A DNA stretch of 57,140 nucleotides from Clostridia bacterium (GCA_017624815.1 JAGAMH010000090.1:1-57140), one strand, 5' to 3'. Counted from the first letter of the stretch, positions 35,800 through 45,799 are shown. Program-made: numbers and translations. Notes: a model not told the origin generated them from the letters alone.

Positions 35800-36873
35800 C
35801 TATTCCTCGTTTTTTACGGGCAATTCAACGGTGAATACCGAGCCAACTCCCTCTTCACTTTTAACGAAAATTTTACCCTCGTGCAATTCTACTATGCGCT
35901 TTACGATAGAAAGCCCCAATCCGTTGCCTTGAACGGAGCGGGATTTATCGCCTTGATAGTATTTATCGAATATGCGGCCTTGCACTTCGGCAGACATACC
36001 AACGCCCGTATCCATAACGCTAACGTAAATTTTTCCATCGCCTTTTTTTACGGAGATTGCAATTTCGCCACCCTTTTCAGTAAATTTTACGGCGTTTAAA
36101 ATAAGGTTTACCCAAACTTGTTGCATAAGCCCCGCGTTGCCGTAAAACTGTGCCTCTTCCATATCCGAAGACATAATAAGTTCCTTTTCCGCCCAACGGC
36201 TTTCAAGCAAAATTACGCAGTCTTTTATTTGAAGATCTAAACGATAAAATTCTCTATCGCCTATTAAACTTATGTTGTCTAACCTTGAAAGCATTAAGGT
36301 ATTTTCCGAAAGATAAGAAAGCCTTTGCGATTCGTCGGCAATTATTTTTAAAAACTGCTTTTGTTCTTCGTCCGAGACATTGCCTTCTAATAAAACGTTG
36401 GCAAAGCCGTTTATTGAAGAGATGGGCGTTTTAAATTCGTGCGAAAAGTCGTGTACGAAACTTTCACGCAGGGACTGAACGGAAGAAAGCTCTTCCGCCA
36501 TTTTATTAAAGTCGGAATATACTCTGTTATAATCGTCCGAGGCTATATTTTCTATTCTGTAAGAAAAATCGCCGTCGGCTATTCTGTTTAATCCGTCGAT
36601 AAGCTTATCAAGCCTTTTTTGGTTGCGGCTATTTAAAAATATTGCCACCACTATTAAGCACACGGCACAGCTTGGAATAACGTAAAGCATTATGGTTACG
36701 GTGTTGCTATCTTGCGGTTTTGATACGTTTAGCACTATATATAACACCACCACCGCAATTAAAAATAGCAGTACGAACCCGAGCAACGCAAACGCCCAAA
36801 AGTGGCTTGAAAGAATTTTTTCCGAACGCTTTTTGCGCTTTATTTTGCGTTTGGATGATTGGAATATATTCAT
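35800..36873 (-). CDS. Sensor histidine kinase, intramembrane-sensing type
   Basis: Two TM helices separated by about 10 residues, a HAMP-like linker, H-box HDFSHEFKTP, and N/G boxes (NLILNAVKF, DTGVGM, GNGLGLS). Confidence 0.9.
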   Translation of the reverse strand: MNIFQSSKRKIKRKKRSEKILSSHFWAFALLGFVLLFLIAVVVLYIVLNVSKPQDSNTVTIMLYVIPSCAVCLIVVAIFLNSRNQKRLDKLIDGLNRIADGDFSYRIENIASDDYNRVYSDFNKMAEELSSVQSLRESFVHDFSHEFKTPISSINGFANVLLEGNVSDEEQKQFLKIIADESQRLSYLSENTLMLSRLDNISLIGDREFYRLDLQIKDCVILLESRWAEKELIMSSDMEEAQFYGNAGLMQQVWVNLILNAVKFTEKGGEIAISVKKGDGKIYVSVMDTGVGMSAEVQGRIFDKYYQGDKSRSVQGNGLGLSIVKRIVELHEGKIFVKSEEGVGSVFTVELPVKNEE

Positions 36874-37541
36874 TTTTTAATTACCGCCTTATAACCTATA
36901 CCGCGTATGGTTACTATATCGAATTCGGGGAAGTTTTCAAACTTATTTCTAAGCCTATTTATATGGGTTCTAACGGTATTTTCGTCGCTTTCCGAAGAAT
37001 ACCCCCAAACGCTATCTAAAATGTTTTCTTTGGTAAAAATTTTCCCGGGGTAGGAAAGCAATAAATATAAAAGCTGAAATTCTTTAGAAGGCAGTTCGTA
37101 AACCTCTTCACCGCGAGTTACGGTAAAGCTTTCTTTATTAACTTCCACTTGACCTATAGTTATTTTACCTTCGTTGGCAATTTTACTGCGGCGAAGAAGA
37201 GCGTTTATTCTCCATACTAGCTCTTCAAAATTTACGGGCTTAGTTAAATAGTCGTCTGCGCCTACGCCGAAACCCTTGCCCTTATCGCTTATAGAATCTT
37301 TTGCCGTTAGCATAATTACCGGCGTATTATCCCCGCGCGAACGCAAAATTTCAACGAATTCGTAACCGTCTATTTGCGGCATCATTATATCCGTTACTAT
37401 AACGTCTATACCGCCGTTTTCAACCGTGCTTAACGCCTCTTTGCCGTTTTTTGAAGTTACGACGTTATAATTATTTTTTAAACGCACGGTTAAAAGCATT
37501 CTCATATTGTCGTCGTCTTCTATAATTAAAACGTTTGCCAT
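36870..37541 (-). CDS. OmpR-family response regulator
   Basis: Receiver domain (VLIIEDD, DVIVTDIMMP, TAKD) plus a winged-helix output (VRTHINRLRNK...IRGIGY). ATGA overlap with the kinase gene. Confidence 0.95.
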   Translation of the reverse strand: MANVLIIEDDDNMRMLLTVRLKNNYNVVTSKNGKEALSTVENGGIDVIVTDIMMPQIDGYEFVEILRSRGDNTPVIMLTAKDSISDKGKGFGVGADDYLTKPVNFEELVWRINALLRRSKIANEGKITIGQVEVNKESFTVTRGEEVYELPSKEFQLLYLLLSYPGKIFTKENILDSVWGYSSESDENTVRTHINRLRNKFENFPEFDIVTIRGIGYKAVIKK

Positions 37542-37554
37542 AATTCTCCTTTTG

Positions 37555-38145
37555 TTAATATCCTAAATTTTCGTCAACTAAAATTACCGTCGTTTTTTTA
37601 ACGCACTTAGACGGTCTATCGAAAATAACCGTTATAGAACACATGCGCGAAGGGCTTTTACAATCGTTGCACTCTCCCGTTTCCGCACACGGCAATTTTA
37701 ATCCCAGTCTTTTGGCGTTTTGGGGGCAACTTACGCTTTTAATTCGCTTAATTGCCTGCTCCGTATCGGCGCATATTTTATTTTTGCCCACTATTAAAAT
37801 AACGTTTTTAGGTCCGCTTATCATAGCGCCTACTCTGTTTCCGTTGCCGTCTATTTGCACTATTTTACCGTCTTCCGTTAAAGCGTTTGCCGAACAAACG
37901 TAAAAATCAGCGGTGTTGGCGTTAGCGCTTGAATCGCCCTTCCAATGCCAATAAACGCTATTGTTGCGCTCTTTAAGTGCGGGATAAAGCCCAATTTGGT
38001 CAACGGTAACGCTTCCGCCAAAGCCTACGCTGCCTTCGCCAATAATGGAAAGGGCGCAGGTTAAAGCCTCTTTACCGTCGCTTGCATACACGGCGGTAAA
38101 ACCGTTATTTTGTAAAGCGGAAATAACTTTAGTTATTTTTTCCAT
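37555..38145 (-). CDS. LUD-domain (lactate-utilisation LutC/YkgG-like) protein with a Cys-rich tail
   Basis: GGSVTVDQIGLYPALK and ANALTEDGKIVQIDGNGNRV are typical of DUF162/LUD. The C-terminus contains CPQN..C..TGECNDC...MC. Confidence 0.7.
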   Translation of the reverse strand: MEKITKVISALQNNGFTAVYASDGKEALTCALSIIGEGSVGFGGSVTVDQIGLYPALKERNNSVYWHWKGDSSANANTADFYVCSANALTEDGKIVQIDGNGNRVGAMISGPKNVILIVGKNKICADTEQAIKRIKSVSCPQNAKRLGLKLPCAETGECNDCKSPSRMCSITVIFDRPSKCVKKTTVILVDENLGY

Positions 38146-38183
38146 GGTATACCTCTTGTATGCGCAAATTTATACGCAATTAA

Positions 38184-38212
38184 ATTATATCACCCCTAAC
38201 GGATATTGTCAA
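38184..38212 (-). promoter_or_regulatory. Consensus promoter of the LUD / two-component / HAD operon
   Basis: Minus strand TTGACA (38212-38207), 17-bp spacer, TATAAT (38189-38184). It overlaps the stop of the upstream transporter gene. Confidence 0.65.
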
Positions 38213-39717
38213 CGGACTTTTTTACGTTTTAACGGGCGCACGGCTATTACCCTTTTGGGTACGTTTAACAAAACGCCGCTTAAAAATACCAAAACGCTTG
38301 CACCTACGCCAAAAACAAGCTGCGCCCACAAGGGATATACGTTGGGGCGAGTTACCGCGTTTACTATGCACGCCGCCGACAAAAAAATTAATACTGCGGG
38401 ACAAAGGTATTTTAAAGAAAAAGTAAAAGCCTTTTTGGGCATTTTTAAATGGGCGCAGTTTTTATTAATACCGTTACAAATGCCGCCGAAATTGCCGTAA
38501 GAAATTAACGTAAAGCATTCTAAAACACCTAAGAGCAATAAGTTATATCCGTTGGCGAAAGTATCACAAATTTCCACTAAGAGAACGCCAACGTTAGAAC
38601 AAAAGAAAAATGATATTATAGCCGCGGGAATAAACGTAAATAATTGCGCCCTTTTACGGGAAAGATTAAACTTATCTTGCAGCGCACCAATAAATGCTTG
38701 TGCTAAAGAAAGGGTTGATTGCAAAGCTATTAAAAGCAGCGATAAATAAAAAATACCCCCGAATACGCCCGAAATAACGGGGTAATTTGGAAATATTGAA
38801 ACTATTGCAACGGGGTATAAGCAAAAGGCGGTAGCTATTCCCGAAGGCTGAATAAGATCGGTTAATCCCGCTCCGTAAGCCGTGGTAAAAAGGGCTATTG
38901 CCGCCAAGGTAGCAACGGCAAAATCGGCTATTGCAATAGTTAAAGCCGAAGAAAACACGGGCAAATTTTGTGGAGCGTAACAGCCGTAAGCAGGCATTAC
39001 CCCCACCAAAACGGATAGCGAAAAAAACGCTTGCCCCAACGCCGCAACCCATAGTTCCACGTTTAAAAGGGCGGAAAAATCGGGCGTGAACAGAGCGGCT
39101 AAAGCTTGTATTCCGTTTTTATATAAAAGCCCCCGAACGGCAATAACCGACAAGGTAATTATGGGAATTAAAAGCGTGTATTTGCTTATTTTAGAAAGCG
39201 CCGACGCGCCACCCTTAACGCAAAAATATATAATAACCCAGCCTATCACGGTAAATAAAAGAGGCATTGGCGAAAAACTTTTTAAATAACTTTCACCACT
39301 TTTTAAAACGTTATTAAAAAACCAACCGGCAATTTGAGCGGAAGAAAGCGTATTTTGAGAAAGGGCAAGGGGAATTATCCCCACCGCCATGCTTAAAATC
39401 CAACCTATTATAGCGGCGTAAAAAATAGCCACGGTAAGCGAATTGCTAACCGCTGCCCAACCCAACAAATTGCCGCCCTTGCGTAAATTTTCAAACGTTT
39501 TAGGCGCTAAAGAGCGGTATTTTCTGCCAAGAACAATTTCGGTGCACAGTAAAGGCACACCCAAAATAAAAGTTGCCGCGCCGTAAACGAGCAAAAACGC
39601 ACCACCGCCGAATTTGGCGCAAAGCCCCGGGAAGCGCAAAACGTTACCAAGCCCCACCGACGCGGCAATACTTGCCCTAACGAAACTTTTACCGTTTTTA
39701 AAATTATCACTTTTCAT
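38209..39717 (-). CDS. Sodium-dependent transporter, SNF (neurotransmitter:sodium symporter) family
   Basis: SVGLGNVLRFPG signature and about 11-12 TM helices. Start moved to ATG 39717 because the track start at 39759 lies inside the DegV terminator hairpin. Confidence 0.85.
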   Translation of the reverse strand: MKSDNFKNGKSFVRASIAASVGLGNVLRFPGLCAKFGGGAFLLVYGAATFILGVPLLCTEIVLGRKYRSLAPKTFENLRKGGNLLGWAAVSNSLTVAIFYAAIIGWILSMAVGIIPLALSQNTLSSAQIAGWFFNNVLKSGESYLKSFSPMPLLFTVIGWVIIYFCVKGGASALSKISKYTLLIPIITLSVIAVRGLLYKNGIQALAALFTPDFSALLNVELWVAALGQAFFSLSVLVGVMPAYGCYAPQNLPVFSSALTIAIADFAVATLAAIALFTTAYGAGLTDLIQPSGIATAFCLYPVAIVSIFPNYPVISGVFGGIFYLSLLLIALQSTLSLAQAFIGALQDKFNLSRKRAQLFTFIPAAIISFFFCSNVGVLLVEICDTFANGYNLLLLGVLECFTLISYGNFGGICNGINKNCAHLKMPKKAFTFSLKYLCPAVLIFLSAACIVNAVTRPNVYPLWAQLVFGVGASVLVFLSGVLLNVPKRVIAVRPLKRKKVR

Positions 39718-39753
39718 AGCATTAATATATTTTAACGCTTTTAAAATAATGAA

Positions 39754-39780
39754 CGGCAAAGGCTACAATAGCCTTTGCCG
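39754..39780 (-). terminator. Terminator after the DegV gene
   Basis: Stem CGGCAAAGGCT / AGCCTTTGCCG, 5-nt loop, followed on the minus strand by TTCATTATTTT. Confidence 0.75.
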
Positions 39781-39807
39781 TTTGCGTAATTTTTATAAAA
39801 AGTGTAA

Positions 39808-40698
39808 TTATTCGCCGCGTTTGTCTTTGCTAAAATAGAACAAGGCAACCGTGCCGTCGCCCGTGTGCGAGCCTATTACCGTGCCTATATGGTTTATTAA
39901 CACCCTGCCGTTCATTCTTAACAGCGCAGACTGTAACGTCGTTGCGATTTTTGCGGCGTCGTCGGGAACCATAGAATTGCTCATATAGCATTTTTGGTTA
40001 TAATCTTCGCCGTTTTCCGCCTCTTGAAGCATGGTATCTATAAGCTCTTTAATGGCTTTTTTCTTGCCTATTTTCTTTTTGCGAACGATAAGCTTGCCTT
40101 GCGAGTTTACGTCTAATACGGGGCAAATATTGAGCATTGAACCGAACATTGCCGCCGCACCCGAAACTCTTCCGCCACGCTTAAAGTGCGTTAAGTTGGT
40201 GGTAAAAAACCAATGTCTTACTCTTAATTTATTTTCTTCTAACCAATCCTTTAAATCTTGTATCGCCATGCCGCCGTTTTTAAGCTCTACGGCTTTATCC
40301 ACTAAAAGCCCGTAGCCGGAAGACGCAGCAAGCGAATCGACAACTAAAAATTTGCGTTCGGGATACTTTTCGGAAAGTATTTTTTGAGCGGCGAGCGCCG
40401 AGTTATAACTGCCCGATAGTCCGGAAGAAAATTCTATATGCAAAACGTCGTACCCAGCTTTTAACATGGGCTCTATCAACGCCGTAACTTCTTCGGGGGT
40501 GGTTTGCGAAGTCGTGGGTAACGCGCCCGTTTTTATGCGGTTATAAAAATCTTTAGGGGTACAGGATTGATATAAATCGTCAGGGTATTCAACGCCGTCT
40601 ATAATATAGTGAAATTTTAAGTATTCTACGTTTAACGCCTTTAAATGCTCTGCAGATAAATCGCAAGTAGAACTACACGTAATTTTGTATTCAGACAT
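39808..40698 (-). CDS. DegV family fatty-acid-binding protein
   Basis: Typical DegV sequence (TSQTTPEE, SSGLSGSYNSA, HTGDGTVALFY). ATG 40698 is preceded by GGAG at appropriate spacing. Confidence 0.9.
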   Translation of the reverse strand: MSEYKITCSSTCDLSAEHLKALNVEYLKFHYIIDGVEYPDDLYQSCTPKDFYNRIKTGALPTTSQTTPEEVTALIEPMLKAGYDVLHIEFSSGLSGSYNSALAAQKILSEKYPERKFLVVDSLAASSGYGLLVDKAVELKNGGMAIQDLKDWLEENKLRVRHWFFTTNLTHFKRGGRVSGAAAMFGSMLNICPVLDVNSQGKLIVRKKKIGKKKAIKELIDTMLQEAENGEDYNQKCYMSNSMVPDDAAKIATTLQSALLRMNGRVLINHIGTVIGSHTGDGTVALFYFSKDKRGE

Positions 40699-40804
40699 AA
40701 CTAATTCTCCAAAAAACGGTAATTTATTTATGCCCAAATTTTACCTTATTTAACATTGAAAAATCAACAAAATCAACTCTTCTGTTGATTTATACCGTTC
40801 TACG

Positions 40805-40839
40805 AAAAAAAAGCCCCACTCTACTGGCGGTAGAGTGGG
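40805..40839 (-). terminator. Terminator after rex
   Basis: Stem CCCACTCTAC / GTAGAGTGGG followed on the minus strand by an 8-nt T-run. Confidence 0.85.
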
Positions 40840-40846
40840 TACTATT

Positions 40847-41464
40847 TTACTTAATTAAAGTGGATAAAACTGCCAAACGCGCAGCAACGTCTATATTTCT
40901 TACAATAACGTGCTTGGGATAGGTTAATTGCACGGGGGCAAAATTTAAAATAGCTTTAATGCCCGCTTCGTAAAGTTCGTTTGCAACCGCTTGAGCGGCA
41001 CTTGCAGGTACGGTTAATACCGCCATATCCGCGTTATATTGCTTTAAACCGCTTTTAAATTCGGTAGTGCTAAGCACGGGTTTGCCGGCAACGGTAGTGC
41101 CTATTTTCTTTTCGTCGCTATCGAACGCGGCAACCATTTCTATACCGTAATTTTTAAAGCCGCCGTAGCCTAAAATAGCCCTTCCTATACCGCCGACGCC
41201 CACTATTACTGCGTTGCGCACTTCGTTACAATGCAAAAAGCTTTCTAATGCGGTAATAAGCTCTTCAGTCAAATAGCCGATTTTAGGTCTGCCCACGGCT
41301 TCGGTGTAAGCTAAATCTTTTCTTACCAAAACTTCGCCCATACCCAAAGCCAACGCTATTGCGCCCGAAGATATGTATTTATTTTTTTCTTTATCAAGGT
41401 TGCGAAGATAGTTTAAATATACGGGCAATCTCTTTAAAGATATTTCGGGAATTTCGTTTATCAT
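40847..41464 (-). CDS. rex: Redox-sensing transcriptional repressor Rex
   Basis: N-terminal winged helix (LKRLPVYLNYLR) plus a Rossmann fold (VIVGVGGIGRAILGY). Confidence 0.9.
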   Translation of the reverse strand: MINEIPEISLKRLPVYLNYLRNLDKEKNKYISSGAIALALGMGEVLVRKDLAYTEAVGRPKIGYLTEELITALESFLHCNEVRNAVIVGVGGIGRAILGYGGFKNYGIEMVAAFDSDEKKIGTTVAGKPVLSTTEFKSGLKQYNADMAVLTVPASAAQAVANELYEAGIKAILNFAPVQLTYPKHVIVRNIDVAARLAVLSTLIK

Positions 41465-41491
41465 TATTTACCTCTTATTTTTAAGGAGGAC

Positions 41492-42430
41492 TTACATTGC
41501 AAGCGCTGCCGCGCCGAACGCGCCCGCTCTTCCGCCAAGCGACGCCGTTACTACTTTTACGGGGGCAAAGTCCGTTCCGCCGAAAAGTTCTTTGTCTACG
41601 AGTTTTTGTAAGGGCTTGGATAAATTTTCACCCTGAGCAGATACGCCGCCGCCAAGCATTATTACTTGAGGACGGAATATGTTTGCAAGGTTTGCAATAC
41701 CGCAAGCCAAATATTTTTCGTACCAGTCCACAACTTCTTTTGCAGCGTAGTCGGTATCGTAATAATCGAAAGCCGTTTTACCGGTAGCCGTTTCTGAAGT
41801 GTACGTTTTCCACATTTCCGAACCGGGATTGTCTTCCATAACCTCTCTCGTCTTTTTCATCAACGCCGTTGCAGAGCAATACGTTTCAAAACAGCCGCGT
41901 CTGCCGCAGTTACAATGATTGCCGTGGCGTTCAATAACCATGTGTCCTATTTCCGCACCCGCAGATTTATTGCCTTCGAAAAGTTCTCCGCCGATAACTA
42001 TTCCACCGCCAACGCCCGTTCCAAGCGTAATTAAAATACTGTCGGAATAATCTTTACCTGCGCCGAATTTCGCTTCACCTAAAGCTGCAGCGTTTGCGTC
42101 GTTGGTAATTTTTACGGGTATTTTAATCATTTCTTCCAACACTCTTACCAAGGGGAAGTTGTTTAATCCTAAGTTGCCTGCAAAAACGACTACGCCGTTT
42201 TTACTGTCGATAAGTCCGGGGCATCCTACGCCTGCTGCCGCAAGATGTCTATCAGCGTTACAGTTTGCGTACATATTGTCTACTAAAATAGCAATATTTT
42301 TACACATGTTTTCGCCGCCAAGTTCACAACCGGTTACGATAGTACCTTCTGCAAGGACGTTTCCTTCGCCGTCACAAATAATACCTTTAATCGTCATACC
42401 GCCAATATCTATACCAACGTAATTTTTCAT
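41492..42430 (-). CDS. glcK: ROK-family glucokinase
   Basis: VGIDIGGMTIKG ATP motif and the ROK zinc signature GHMV...G..C.CGR.GCFETY. Confidence 0.9.
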   Translation of the reverse strand: MKNYVGIDIGGMTIKGIICDGEGNVLAEGTIVTGCELGGENMCKNIAILVDNMYANCNADRHLAAAGVGCPGLIDSKNGVVVFAGNLGLNNFPLVRVLEEMIKIPVKITNDANAAALGEAKFGAGKDYSDSILITLGTGVGGGIVIGGELFEGNKSAGAEIGHMVIERHGNHCNCGRRGCFETYCSATALMKKTREVMEDNPGSEMWKTYTSETATGKTAFDYYDTDYAAKEVVDWYEKYLACGIANLANIFRPQVIMLGGGVSAQGENLSKPLQKLVDKELFGGTDFAPVKVVTASLGGRAGAFGAAALAM

Positions 42431-42469
42431 TATATACCTCTTTATAGCGTAATAAGTATTTACTTATTA

Positions 42470-42498
42470 AGTTTACACTTAATAGATTAAACTGTCAA
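42470..42498 (-). promoter_or_regulatory. Promoter of glcK-rex
   Basis: Minus strand TTGACA (42498-42493), 17-bp spacer, TAAACT (42475-42470). Confidence 0.55.
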
Positions 42499-42599
42499 GT
42501 ACCTTTGAAAAAATATTTCAGTTTTTATGTAAAAATTCACAAAAAACGGCATAGGCGGCAAGCTTTTTTAAGCTAACCGCCGTTTTAATTATCTTTTTG

Positions 42600-43037
42600 T
42601 TATTTAGTGCCCGTAGACCCAAATCCGCCTGCGCCGCGCACCGTTTCTGAAAGCTCGTCAGCTTCTAAAAATTTTGCCGTGATATAAGGCGTTATTACAA
42701 GTTGAGCCACCCTTTCTCCGGGAGCAACCGTTTGTTCGATTTTACCGTGGTTGTGTAAAGCCACCTTAACTTCGCCACGATAGTCGCAATCTACTACGCC
42801 CACTTTATTTGCGGGGGCAAGACCCTTTTTGGTTGCAAGTCCGCTACGAGCATAAATAAGCCCTGCGTAACCTATGGGAAGTTCCAACGCAATGCCCGTG
42901 GGTATAACTACCGTTTCGTGGGGAGCGATAATAACTTCGCCTTCTAATGCGGCGTATAAATCTGCCCCTGCTGCGTATTCGCTTCCGTAGGTGGGAAGTT
43001 TGGCGTTATCTGATAATTTTTTAACGTTGATTTGCAT
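42600..43037 (-). CDS. dut: dUTP diphosphatase
   Basis: Trimeric dUTPase motifs (AGADLYA, ARSGLATK, GVVDCDYRGEV, RGAGGFGSTG). Confidence 0.95.
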   Translation of the reverse strand: MQINVKKLSDNAKLPTYGSEYAAGADLYAALEGEVIIAPHETVVIPTGIALELPIGYAGLIYARSGLATKKGLAPANKVGVVDCDYRGEVKVALHNHGKIEQTVAPGERVAQLVITPYITAKFLEADELSETVRGAGGFGSTGTK

Positions 43038-43073
43038 AATTATCCCCTTAATATACTTAATTTAACTAACTTT

Positions 43074-43604
43074 TTACTCGGGTAAAGTTTCGTCCCAAAG
43101 AACGGTTTTTCCGCTTTCGAGCGATTGTTGAACGAGAATAGAGCGTTGATTTGAAGAGCCTTTAAAGCGCAATTTAAGGTCTTTAAGCTCTTCCACGAAT
43201 CTTCCGTCAATTAATACGTCGATACACTTTAAAAGGCGCAAAGCGGTGTTTTTGTCGCCCTGATTGCCCTTTACTATTTCTTCGTATTTATATCCCGTAA
43301 AACACCACACGCTTTTTTGTGGATAGGTTTTACGAACGCGTTCTACAAAGTCTACCAAAGCCGCTTGGTTTTCCGGTTCGAAAGGGTCGCCGCCGACCAA
43401 AGTAAAGCCCTTAATGTGGTCGGGTTTTAAACCTTCGATTATTTTGTTTTGTATTTCTTCGGTGAAGGGTTTACCGTAATTAAAATCCCAAGTTTCAGGG
43501 TTAAAACAGTTTTTGCAACGGTTTCTGCAACCGCTTACGTATAAAGAAACTCTTACCCCGGGGCCGTTGGAAATATCGTACCATTTAATAGTTGCGTAAT
43601 TCAT
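43074..43604 (-). CDS. nrdG: Anaerobic ribonucleotide reductase activating protein (radical SAM)
   Basis: DISNGPGVRVSLYVSGCRNRCKNCFN cluster motif. Located directly downstream of nrdD. Confidence 0.95.
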   Translation of the reverse strand: MNYATIKWYDISNGPGVRVSLYVSGCRNRCKNCFNPETWDFNYGKPFTEEIQNKIIEGLKPDHIKGFTLVGGDPFEPENQAALVDFVERVRKTYPQKSVWCFTGYKYEEIVKGNQGDKNTALRLLKCIDVLIDGRFVEELKDLKLRFKGSSNQRSILVQQSLESGKTVLWDETLPE

Positions 43605-43630
43605 AATCTTATACTTTTATCTATAAATAA

Positions 43631-43657
43631 TTCAAGGCGGATGCTATCCGCCTTGAA
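43631..43657 (-). other. Intercistronic hairpin between nrdD and nrdG (partial terminator or mRNA-stability element)
   Basis: Stem TTCAAGGCGGAT / ATCCGCCTTGAA followed on the minus strand by TTATTTAT. Confidence 0.5.
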
Positions 43658-43672
43658 GCTTTAGCGTTAAAA

Positions 43673-45799
43673 TTAAAGGTGTAAAACTCTTGCTTTAATT
43701 TCTTTAGTTTTACCAACGTTCCAGAAGTTTTCGCCCAAATAGCCGCAAGTACGTCTAGTAACGTTCATTTTACGCTGGTCTTTGTTATGACAAACGGGGC
43801 ATTCCCATTCGTTATCGTCGTTTATAATAATTTCGCCGTCGTATCCGCAAACGTGACAGAAGTCTGACTTAGTGTTAAATTCGGCGTATTGAATATTGTC
43901 GTAAATAAACTTAACCACGTCTTCCATAGCGGCAAGGTTTTTGCTCATGTTGGGAATTTCAACGTAGGAAATTGCGCCGCCTGAAGATATTTTTTGGAAT
44001 TGGCTTTCAAAGGTGAATTTAGAGAACGCATCGATATCTTCTCTTACGTCGATATGGTAGCTGTTGGTGTAATAGCCCTTGTCGGTTACGTCTTTAATAG
44101 TGCCGAAACGTTCTTTATCTATTCTTGCAAAACGGTAGCAAAGCGATTCTGCGGGAGTGCCGTAAAGCGCAAAGCCGATATTCGTTTCCTTCTTCCACTT
44201 TTCGCAATGGTCGCGAAGAGAATTCATAACTTTAAGCGCAAATTCCGTACCTTCGGGTTCGGTGTGAGATACGCCTTTTACAAGCTTGGTTACTTCGTAT
44301 AAACCGATATAGCCGAGCGATATTGAAGAATATCCGCCGAATAAAAGCTTGTCTATCTTTTCGCCCTTTTCTAAGCGGGTAATTGCGCCGTATTGCCAAT
44401 GCACGGGGGAAACGTCGGAAATAGTTCCCAAAAGCGAATTGTGGCGAACCATAAGTGCGTCGAAGCAGATTTGTAATCTTTCTTCTAAAATTTCCCAGAA
44501 CTTATTTTCGTCGCCCTTAGCTAAAATACCGCATTGAGGAAGGTTGATGGAAACTACGCCCTGATTAAATCTACCTTCGAATTTATATTCGCCGTTTTCG
44601 TCTTTCCAAGGCGACAAGAAGGAACGGCAGCCCATGGGCGAGAACACGTTGCCTTCGTAATGTTCGCGCATCTTTTTAGCGGAAATGTAATCGGGGTATA
44701 ATCTCTTAGAAGAACATTTAACCGCCATTTTAGTTAAGTAGTCGTACTTACCGCCCTTTAAGCAGTTGTTTTCGTCTAAAACGTAAATGAGCTTGGGGAA
44801 AGCGGGGGTAACGTATACGCCTACTTCGTTTTTAATACCTTCGTAACGCTGTTTTAAGATTTCTTCTATAATCATAGCGTTTTCTTCGATATATTCGTCG
44901 TTTTCGTCAAGCCATAAGAATAACGTTACGAAAGGAGATTGACCGTTGGTGGTCATTAAAGTATTAATTTGATATTGAATAGTTTGAACGCCTGCGCGGA
45001 GTTCGTCTTTCAATCTCATATCAACGATTTTATCTTTAGCTTCTTGCGCCATTTCGTCGCCGAAAAGTTTATTGCATTGATTCATATACTTTTCGCGGGT
45101 GCGGCGAAGGTACTTGCCAAGGTGAGCAACGTTAACCGACTGTCCGCCGTATTGCGAAGAGGCTACCGACGCGATAATTTGCGTAACGATAGTGCAAGCA
45201 ACTTGGAAAGATTTGGGGCTTTCAATCATTTTTCCGTTCATAACCGTGCCGTTTTCGAGCATATCTTTAATGTTTACCAAACAGCAGTTAAAAATGGGTT
45301 GAAGGAAATAGTCGGCGTCGTGGAAGTGAATTGCACCCTCGTCGTGCGCCTTAGAAATATATTCGGGCAAAAGGATACGGCGGGTAAGGTCTTTAGAAAC
45401 TTCGCCCGCTATAAGGTCGCGCTGGGTAGACGCAGTACGCGCGTTTTTGTTGGAGTTTTCTTCCATAACTTCTTTGTTGGCGTTTTTTATAAGCGAAAGG
45501 ATGCTCTCGTCGGTGGTGTTAGCCTTTCTTACGAGCGCTCTTTCGTAACGGTATAAAATATACGCCTTCATAAGCTGATACTTTTGCATTTGCATCAACT
45601 TTTCTTCTACCATGTCTTGGATATCTTCAACGAGCAATCTCTTTTTGTGTTTGCTTGCTATTTCGTCTACGATACCTTCTATTTGAATGTTGGAAATTCT
45701 GTCTTCTTCGTCTACGGCAAGGTTAGCCTTGCTAATTGCAACGGTTATTTTAGTCCTGTCAAAATCTACGGTAGACCCGTCTCTTTTAATTACCTTCAT
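43673..45799 (-). CDS. nrdD: Anaerobic ribonucleoside-triphosphate reductase (class III)
   Basis: N-terminal ATP-cone (VIKRDGSTVDFDRTKI), a C-terminal zinc ribbon (CHVCGY...CPVCHN) and the glycyl-radical motif RRTCGYLG. Confidence 0.95.
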   Translation of the reverse strand: MKVIKRDGSTVDFDRTKITVAISKANLAVDEEDRISNIQIEGIVDEIASKHKKRLLVEDIQDMVEEKLMQMQKYQLMKAYILYRYERALVRKANTTDESILSLIKNANKEVMEENSNKNARTASTQRDLIAGEVSKDLTRRILLPEYISKAHDEGAIHFHDADYFLQPIFNCCLVNIKDMLENGTVMNGKMIESPKSFQVACTIVTQIIASVASSQYGGQSVNVAHLGKYLRRTREKYMNQCNKLFGDEMAQEAKDKIVDMRLKDELRAGVQTIQYQINTLMTTNGQSPFVTLFLWLDENDEYIEENAMIIEEILKQRYEGIKNEVGVYVTPAFPKLIYVLDENNCLKGGKYDYLTKMAVKCSSKRLYPDYISAKKMREHYEGNVFSPMGCRSFLSPWKDENGEYKFEGRFNQGVVSINLPQCGILAKGDENKFWEILEERLQICFDALMVRHNSLLGTISDVSPVHWQYGAITRLEKGEKIDKLLFGGYSSISLGYIGLYEVTKLVKGVSHTEPEGTEFALKVMNSLRDHCEKWKKETNIGFALYGTPAESLCYRFARIDKERFGTIKDVTDKGYYTNSYHIDVREDIDAFSKFTFESQFQKISSGGAISYVEIPNMSKNLAAMEDVVKFIYDNIQYAEFNTKSDFCHVCGYDGEIIINDDNEWECPVCHNKDQRKMNVTRRTCGYLGENFWNVGKTKEIKARVLHL

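Noticed and set aside
38045-38500. 151-aa plus-strand ORF spanning the LUD-gene start, an intergenic promoter and the end of the SNF transporter gene
   Set aside because: It crosses a consensus minus-strand promoter and two well-supported minus-strand genes, and matches no family.
39718-39759. Track start (MPFIILKALKYINA) for the SNF transporter
   Set aside because: These codons lie within and just downstream of the DegV terminator hairpin (39754-39780). The conserved NSS N-terminus begins shortly after Met at 39717.
42525-42542. Possible Rex operator TTATGTA-AAAA-TTCACAA upstream of glcK-rex
   Set aside because: Only the right half matches TTGTGAA-N4-TTCACAA; the left half matches 5 of 7 positions. 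The site lies upstream of the -35 rather than over the promoter. It is too weak to call without a genome-wide motif scan.
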